From an uncultured Bacilli bacterium (lineage in GTDB: Bacteria > Bacillota_I > Bacilli_A > RF39 > UBA660), in NCBI GenBank assembly GCA_947624135.1, contig CANQIV010000003.1, positions 1 through 44,422 on the forward strand: a stretch of 44,422 nt of DNA, given 5' to 3'. The notes under the pieces were generated by a model that was given only the letters and a program-made list of their open reading frames with translations, made no database searches and had not been told where the DNA came from. This document shows positions 38,440 through 44,422 of the stretch, piece by piece (within the stretch, counting starts at the first letter, position 1; every line of letters begins with the position of its first letter). The position numbers were made by a program, and so were the translations under genes.

Positions 38440-39324
38440 CTACTTATTATTTATTATTTTATTCAATATATTTAAAGCAATATTTAAAGTTTTATTATCT
38501 TTATCAAAATTAGGATTAAATTCAACTAAATCAAAGGATTTAATATTATCAATATTATTAACTAAAATATCTGCAATTTTATATGCTGTTATATCATCAA
38601 TACCATTAATTTCTGGTACAGAAACACCGGGTGCAAATTCAGGGTTAATTACGTCTAAATCATAGCTTATATGCATACCAAGAGTATCTTTCATTGCAAT
38701 ATCAATAGCTCGTTTCATAATACTTTCAATACCAAATTTCATAATATCTTCATCACTAAAAACAGTAACGCCCATTTTTTTAATATTATTTAACTCTTGT
38801 TTCTTATTTTTTTCCATAGATCTATACCCAATAACAACTGTATTTTTAGGATTATAATAAGTACCATCAAAAAAGAAAGTCAAAATAGGACAAATACCAT
38901 TTAAAGATGCAAGAGGAAGACCATGTAAATTACCTGTTATAGTAGTTTCAAATGTATTATAATCTAAATGAGCATCAATCCATATAATACCTAAATTTTT
39001 ATTTATTTTTTTACTTGCTAAAGCACTCCCAATTGAAATACTATGGTCCCCACCAATAGTAATTGGAAAAATATTATTATCAATAGTATCTTTAACAACT
39101 CTATATAATCTTTCATTAAAATCATTTACAGCATTTAAATTCTTTTTTAAATCTTCTTTATCCTTACTTTTTATACAATTTGTTTTTTCTATTTCAATAA
39201 TTTTTTCAATAGAATAATTTTTTAAATTTTTAATAATTACTTTAGGCCCTTTATTTGAACCATCAACGTCAACACCTAAATCACTTTCCGCACAAATTAT
39301 ATTCTTTTTCAATTTAATCACCAT
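38440..39324 (-). CDS. rocF: Arginase (ureohydrolase family)
   Basis: GGDHSIS, WIDAHLD, GNLHGLP, SYDLDVINP..APG, VEFNP; alternative TTG start at 39312. Confidence 0.88.
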   Translation of the reverse strand: MVIKLKKNIICAESDLGVDVDGSNKGPKVIIKNLKNYSIEKIIEIEKTNCIKSKDKEDLKKNLNAVNDFNERLYRVVKDTIDNNIFPITIGGDHSISIGSALASKKINKNLGIIWIDAHLDYNTFETTITGNLHGLPLASLNGICPILTFFFDGTYYNPKNTVVIGYRSMEKNKKQELNNIKKMGVTVFSDEDIMKFGIESIMKRAIDIAMKDTLGMHISYDLDVINPEFAPGVSVPEINGIDDITAYKIADILVNNIDNIKSFDLVEFNPNFDKDNKTLNIALNILNKIINNK

Positions 39325-39432
39325 ATTAATATCATAAAATTATTGTTATTTAATGTCAAGAAATATTTAAAAATTAAGCAAATATTGTGTAAAATTTGTT
39401 ATAATTGTTATATAATTAAATAGAGGTGAAAT

Positions 39433-40875
39433 ATGAAAAAACTAAATGAGTTAATAGATACAAAAATAGATGTAGAAATAAAAGGTATTAAGACTAATTC
39501 TAAAGAAATAGAAAAAAATGATTTATTTATATGTACTGATAGAGGTACTTTAGATAGACATCAGTTTATAGACGATGCGATAGAAAAAGGTGCGAGTGCT
39601 GTTATAGTTAAAAAAGATGTAGGCAAGAAAAAAGTACCAATAATTAAAGTAGAAAATCCAAATGATATATTACCTATAATTTGTTCTAAATTTTATGATG
39701 AGCCAGAAAAAAAACTTACTATGATTGGTGTTACAGGAACAGATGGAAAAACAAGTGTATCAACTATGATTCAAACATTGCTTGGTAGTGATGTTTGTGG
39801 ATATATAGGTACTAATGGATATAGTTGTTCAAAATTTAATAAAGATACAAATAATACAACACCAGATTCAGATAAATTGTATGGGTATTTCGATGAGTTT
39901 ATTAAAAATGGTTGTAAATATTGTTCAATGGAAGTATGTAGTGAAGCACTTATGCTTGGAAGGGTAGAAAATATAGAGTATGATATTTCAATACATACAA
40001 ATATAACTAGCGAACACCTAAATTCACATGGTTCACTTGAAAATTACGTAAAAGATAAATGTAAATTATTTAAACAAACTAAAAAAAATGGTTATTGTAT
40101 ATTAAATAAAGATGATGAACATTTTAATGAGGTAAAAGAAGCATCAAATGGTATAGTTTTAACATATGGAAAAGATAGTGATAATGATTTATATTTTAAA
40201 GATATAAAAATATTACCTGGAAAAACATTATTTAAAATAAATTATAAAAATAAAGAATATGAAATAGATAGTCCTATGGCAGGAATGTTTAATGTATATA
40301 ATTTATCAGCAGCTTTACTTACACTTTTTACTTTAGGATTTACCTTTGATGACATAAAATCAAAAATATCTAAATTACATGTAAGTGGAAGACTTGAAAT
40401 GATAGATATGGGACAAAATTTTTATGCAATGGTTGATTATGCTCATACTCCAAATGGAATAACAAAATTACTTGAATATGTAAAAGAACTTCCTATAAGA
40501 AAAAGTATAGTCGTAATAGGTCAAGCAGGAGATAGAGATAAATCTAAAAGAAAAACAGTTGGAGAGGTTGTTGTAAAAAATTGTGATCATGCTATATTTA
40601 CATACGAAGATCCAAGAAGCGAGGATCCAAAAGATATAATCGAAATGATTATTGAAAATATAAAGGATACACATGATAATTATGAAATAGTAATAGATAG
40701 GAGTAAAGCAATAAAAAAAGCTATAGATATTGCAAAAGAAAAGGATATAGTTTTAGTTTTAGGTAAAGGTAATGAGACGTATCAAAAACTAAAAGATAAA
40801 GTTATATATTTTAATGATATAGAAGAGGTTAAAAAATCTATACAAGAAAGATTAAATAGAGTTAATACTAAATGA
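39433..40875 (+). CDS. murE: UDP-N-acetylmuramoyl-dipeptide amino-acid ligase MurE
   Basis: GVTGTDGKTS, TTPD, EHL..H, GRLE, VDYAHTP, LGKG.E. Confidence 0.92.
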   Translation: MKKLNELIDTKIDVEIKGIKTNSKEIEKNDLFICTDRGTLDRHQFIDDAIEKGASAVIVKKDVGKKKVPIIKVENPNDILPIICSKFYDEPEKKLTMIGVTGTDGKTSVSTMIQTLLGSDVCGYIGTNGYSCSKFNKDTNNTTPDSDKLYGYFDEFIKNGCKYCSMEVCSEALMLGRVENIEYDISIHTNITSEHLNSHGSLENYVKDKCKLFKQTKKNGYCILNKDDEHFNEVKEASNGIVLTYGKDSDNDLYFKDIKILPGKTLFKINYKNKEYEIDSPMAGMFNVYNLSAALLTLFTLGFTFDDIKSKISKLHVSGRLEMIDMGQNFYAMVDYAHTPNGITKLLEYVKELPIRKSIVVIGQAGDRDKSKRKTVGEVVVKNCDHAIFTYEDPRSEDPKDIIEMIIENIKDTHDNYEIVIDRSKAIKKAIDIAKEKDIVLVLGKGNETYQKLKDKVIYFNDIEEVKKSIQERLNRVNTK

Positions 40876-40898
40876 AGCAAGTAGATTGCTTTTTTTTT
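40876..40898 (+). terminator. murE terminator
   Basis: AAGCAA-GTAGA-TTGCTT plus T-run. Confidence 0.6.
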
Positions 40899-40911
40899 GA
40901 CAAAATTATAC

Positions 40912-40995
40912 TTGTAAAAATTTATATTAAGTGATATTATTAGTATAGATAGAAGAGTAATAAAAAGCTTCTATTAGAGTGAAAGGAAGGAAAAT
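40912..40995 (+). promoter_or_regulatory. Repeated pilin-family promoter/leader module (copy 3)
   Basis: TTGTAA-17-TATTAT, ATAGAAG/CTTCTAT stem, GAAAGGA. Confidence 0.8.
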
Positions 40996-42374
40996 ATGAA
41001 AGAGAAAAAACAAATAAATATGAGTAGGGGGGGGTACTTTACACTAGAAAAGTAAAGGCATTCACCCTAATAGAACTTTTAGCTGTAATAGTAATATTAG
41101 CTATAATAGCAGTCATAGCTACTCCAATAATACTAGGAGTAATAAATGATTCAAAGTATAAAGCATTTAAAATAAGTTTAAACAATATAGAACACGCATA
41201 CGAATTATATGCAACTCAACATAATATTGAACCTGGAACAGAAATAGATATAAGTAAATTACCTCTAGATTCTAAAAATCTAAAAGGTAAAGTATTCTTA
41301 AATACAGATGGAAAAGTAGAATTAAAAGAAGTAACCGATGGAACATATAGTGCGGAAGGGACACTAGATGATTTAAGCATGCTTAAAGGAACAGTAGAAG
41401 ATTTACTAGCGAATAGATTAGATGTAGATATGAAATTAACATCAACACAAAATAGTATATCAATAGAAATAGAAACAAAAGAAGGAGTACCAACAAATTA
41501 TAGTTATGAAATAACAGGACCAAATGACTATAGTAATAAAGTAAATAATATAACAGAAAATACACATACATTTGATAAATTACAATCTGATACAGAATAT
41601 AGTATAAAGGCAACAGTAAATAATAAAGCGGGATTGATAAAAGAGTTAACAAAAGCAATAAAAACAGAACAATTAAAAGGCCCAACTATAGAAATGGCAT
41701 CAGATAGTGATACATATATAGCTGCAATATATTTGGACCCAACAAATATAGAAAGATATTGTGATTCTAGTAATATTAGCAGTACGGCAGGTGTTACAGA
41801 AGGATGTATGAAATGGTATGCATATAAAGAAACAGATGATACATACACAATGTTACTTGACCATAATATAACAAAATTTGATGATGATAATATAATAAAA
41901 TGGACTACAAAAGATACAAATGAATTAGGACCAGAAGAAGCATTAAGAGTATTAAAAGAAACGACAGATTCATGGATAGCTATACCTGAAAGAAATGATA
42001 GTTATACTCCAACATTAGGTGACAATATTTCTTCTTCTAAATATACAATAAATTATACCGGATATAGATCAAGACTTATTGAAGCGGAAGAGGTAGCTAA
42101 AATTATTTCTGCTGATTTATCTTCATTAACAATAGAGCAAGTTGTTAGTTTTCAAATCGACAATATAAAATATCAATGGCTTATAGGAAGTGGAGATGGG
42201 ATTGGATTTAGATATTGGACATCTTCACCTGTAAAAACTAGAAAAGCTATTTATATTGCTGGCCATTTAAATGAAGCAGCAATTGATGCATCATCGTTTA
42301 GTAGTAGCAGTAGTTCAAAAAACATTGGAATAAGACCAGTAATAACAATTCCAAAATCAATGATTAATAATTAA
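40996..42374 (+). CDS. Type IV prepilin-like surface protein, copy 3, frameshifted at a G8 tract (predicted phase-OFF); different C-terminal domain (YWTSSP...GIRPVI)
   Basis: ATG 40996 reads MKEKKQINMSRGGYFTLEK*. Adding one G joins the leader to AFTLIELL... and the 41379..42374 ORF, giving 459 aa. Confidence 0.8.
41027..41034 (+). repeat. Poly-G tract G8 (out of frame)
   Basis: AGTA-G8-TACTTTAC. Confidence 0.9.
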
Positions 42375-42388
42375 TTATATAAACTATA

Positions 42389-42416
42389 GAAAGTAGACAA
42401 ATCTACTTTTTCTTTT
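42389..42416 (+). terminator. Intrinsic terminator
   Basis: AAAAGTAGA-CAAA-TCTACTTTT. Confidence 0.65.
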
Positions 42417-42426
42417 ACAGTTATAC

Positions 42427-42511
42427 TTGTAAAAATTTATATTAAGTGATATTATTAGTATAGATAGAAGAGTAAAAATAAAACTTCTATTAGAGTGAAA
42501 GGAATGGAATT
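42427..42511 (+). promoter_or_regulatory. Repeated pilin-family promoter/leader module (copy 4)
   Basis: TTGTAA-17-TATTAT, ATAGAAG/CTTCTAT stem, GAAAGGA. Confidence 0.8.
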
Positions 42512-44284
42512 ATGAAAGAGAAAAAACAAACAAATATGAGTAGGGGGGGGGTACTTTACACAAGTAAAGTAAAGGCATTCACCCTAATAGAACTTTTAGC
42601 TGTAATAGTAATATTAGCTATAATAGCGGTAATAGCTACTCCAATAATACTAGGAGTAATAAACGATTCAAAATATAAAGCATTTAAAATAAGCTTAAAC
42701 AATGTAGAACATGCATATGAACTTTATTCAGTACAGAAAAATATTAAACCAGGTACAGAGATAAATATTGAAGATTTACCTCTAGATTCAAAGAATCTAA
42801 AAGGAAAAGTATTCTTAAATGGAGATGGAAAAATAGAACTAAAAGAGGTAACCGATGGAACATATAGTGCGGAAGGAACACTAGATGATTTAAGTGTGCT
42901 TAAAGGAACAGTAGAAGATTTATTAGAAAATAGATTAGATGTTAAGGTAAACGTAAATACTAATGCAAGGAGTCTAGTAGTAACAGTAGAAACAATAGAA
43001 GGAGTACCAACAAGTTATAGTTATCAAATATTAGAGCCAGAAGAGTATAAAAAAGAAGCAAATAATTTAAAAGAAAACACATATACCTTTGATAAATTAA
43101 AAACAGATACAGAATATAGTATAAAAGTAATAGTAAAAAATAAAGCAGGATTAACAAAAGAGATAACAAAGACAGTAAGAATCGAAAAAATAGATGATAT
43201 AAAATTAGAATTAAATCCAAAAGATGAATATATAAAAGAAGGAACAGTAACAATCACATATCCAAAACTTGATAATGTTAGATATAAATATAGGTGGGAT
43301 AGTGAAGATTTTGTTGAAGCAGATATAAGTATAGATGGAGATAAAGTGACAACAACAACACCAGCAAAAAATGGAACACTTACAGCTGTATTAATGGATG
43401 GAGAAGAGACAATAATATCAAAACAAATAACAATAACTAATATAGATAATATGGCTCCGGTAATAGAAAAAATAGAAGGAAATGATAATGTACAATCAAA
43501 TAGAAAAATAATAAAAATAACAGCTAGTGATTCAGGTGTAGGAGAAATAAAATATTCATGTGATGATGGAACAACATGGCAAGATAAAAATGAATGTATA
43601 TATAATCAAAATGGAACACAAAAAATAAAAGTAAAAGATAGTTTAGAAAATATAAGTGAAAGTAATGAAATAAATATAACAACTATAGCTAGTGAAGAAA
43701 CTTTTACAATAAATAATTTATTTCCTGATGGATCTTTTGAAACAGAAAATTCAAATGATTTAGTAATAGAAGGTGACAGCGTAAAAAAAATAGAATTTGA
43801 CACATCCAATTATATATCAGGAAGCAAAAGTTTAAAACTTACACCAATCATAGTTTCAACTAATCAATGGGGAAGCGGAGTTAGTATAAAAATTACTAAC
43901 ATTAAAGAAGGACATGTATATTATGCTTCAGCATATTGCAAATCTAGCGCTAAATGTGGAATTCTTGCATATACGTCTGACTGGAATAATGGTGGAATAT
44001 ATTGGGCAGGTGAAAAAAATTCATCATCAGCATGGGTAAGGTTATCTTTGTATGCTTATTCAAAAGTTAATAAAGATTTTGTAAGCTTTAGATTAAACAT
44101 TTTACCACCTTTTGATATAAACCTTGATAACGGAAATCCATATTACTTTGATGATATAATACTTGTTGATTTAACAGAAATATTTGGGAAAGGAAACGAA
44201 CCAAATAGCAAGTGGTGCGATGAAAACATAAATTATAATACGACAACGGTAAAAAAATATAATAATAGTGTAGATATTCGTTGA
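42512..44284 (+). CDS. Type IV prepilin-like surface protein, copy 4, in frame (G9); Ig-like domains and a carbohydrate-binding (CBM4/9-like) C-terminal domain
   Basis: MKEKKQTNMSRGGVLYTSKVKA|FTLIELL; NLFPDGSFE...SGSKSLKL...YFDDIIL. Confidence 0.85.
   Translation: MKEKKQTNMSRGGVLYTSKVKAFTLIELLAVIVILAIIAVIATPIILGVINDSKYKAFKISLNNVEHAYELYSVQKNIKPGTEINIEDLPLDSKNLKGKVFLNGDGKIELKEVTDGTYSAEGTLDDLSVLKGTVEDLLENRLDVKVNVNTNARSLVVTVETIEGVPTSYSYQILEPEEYKKEANNLKENTYTFDKLKTDTEYSIKVIVKNKAGLTKEITKTVRIEKIDDIKLELNPKDEYIKEGTVTITYPKLDNVRYKYRWDSEDFVEADISIDGDKVTTTTPAKNGTLTAVLMDGEETIISKQITITNIDNMAPVIEKIEGNDNVQSNRKIIKITASDSGVGEIKYSCDDGTTWQDKNECIYNQNGTQKIKVKDSLENISESNEINITTIASEETFTINNLFPDGSFETENSNDLVIEGDSVKKIEFDTSNYISGSKSLKLTPIIVSTNQWGSGVSIKITNIKEGHVYYASAYCKSSAKCGILAYTSDWNNGGIYWAGEKNSSSAWVRLSLYAYSKVNKDFVSFRLNILPPFDINLDNGNPYYFDDIILVDLTEIFGKGNEPNSKWCDENINYNTTTVKKYNNSVDIR
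42543..42551 (+). repeat. Poly-G tract G9 (in frame)
   Basis: AGTA-G9-TACTTTAC encodes R-G-G-V. Confidence 0.9.
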
Positions 44285-44293
44285 TATTAAATT

Positions 44294-44326
44294 AAAAACT
44301 TATTTTGAAAAATAAATAAGTTTTTT
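44294..44326 (+). terminator. Intrinsic terminator
   Basis: AAAAACTTATTT...AAATAAGTTTTT. Confidence 0.6.
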
Positions 44327-44330
44327 ATGC

Positions 44331-44413
44331 TTGTAAAAATTAAATATAAGTGTTATCATTAATATAGATAGAAGAGTAAGAAAAGCTTCTATTAGAGTGA
44401 AAGGAATGGAAAT
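44331..44413 (+). promoter_or_regulatory. Repeated pilin-family promoter/leader module (copy 5)
   Basis: TTGTAA-17-TATCAT, ATAGAAG/CTTCTAT stem, GAAAGGA. Confidence 0.75.
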
Positions 44414-44422
44414 ATGAAAGAG
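44414..44422 (+). CDS. Start of a fifth prepilin-like family gene (truncated by the window edge)
   Basis: ATGAAAGAG (MKE) follows the conserved leader exactly as in the other copies. Confidence 0.65.

Noticed and set aside
110-43809. Many short minus-strand Leu/Phe-rich ORFs, some repeated (386, 13991, 41383, 42960)
   Set aside because: Antisense shadows of A-rich plus-strand genes; they repeat only because the pilin cassette repeats.

Overview
Low-GC, genetic-code-11 Firmicute (Bacilli-like; the gene set resembles walled gut lineages such as RF39, which is inference) chromosomal window. Housekeeping backbone: polC, ftsK, radC-mreC-mreD, recA, rny, rplS-lepB, rbgA-mrnC-rlmB-sigH, fmt, arginase and murE. 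Two accessory systems stand out. (1) A dispersed family of at least five large type IV prepilin-like surface-protein genes (<1-2205, 13602-15420, 40996-42374, 42512-44284, 44414->). They share an N-terminal pilin cassette and, where visible, one promoter and 5'-UTR hairpin, but carry swapped C-terminal domains. A poly-G tract in the leader is G9 (in frame) in one copy and G10/G8 (frameshifted) in two others. The first copy ends in a ~120-bp A-depleted, 61%-GC segment typical of a diversity-generating retroelement (DGR) variable region; no RT or template repeat is visible in the window. (2) A tandem array of elements inserted at the Trp codon of the INW|YPGH motif of rbgA (ylqF). Each unit ends with its own replacement RBS and first ~14-15 codons of rbgA, and the junctions are inverted repeats centred on a TG dinucleotide. 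The unit next to rbgA encodes a compact large serine recombinase. All calls come from reading the sequence; no database searches were run.
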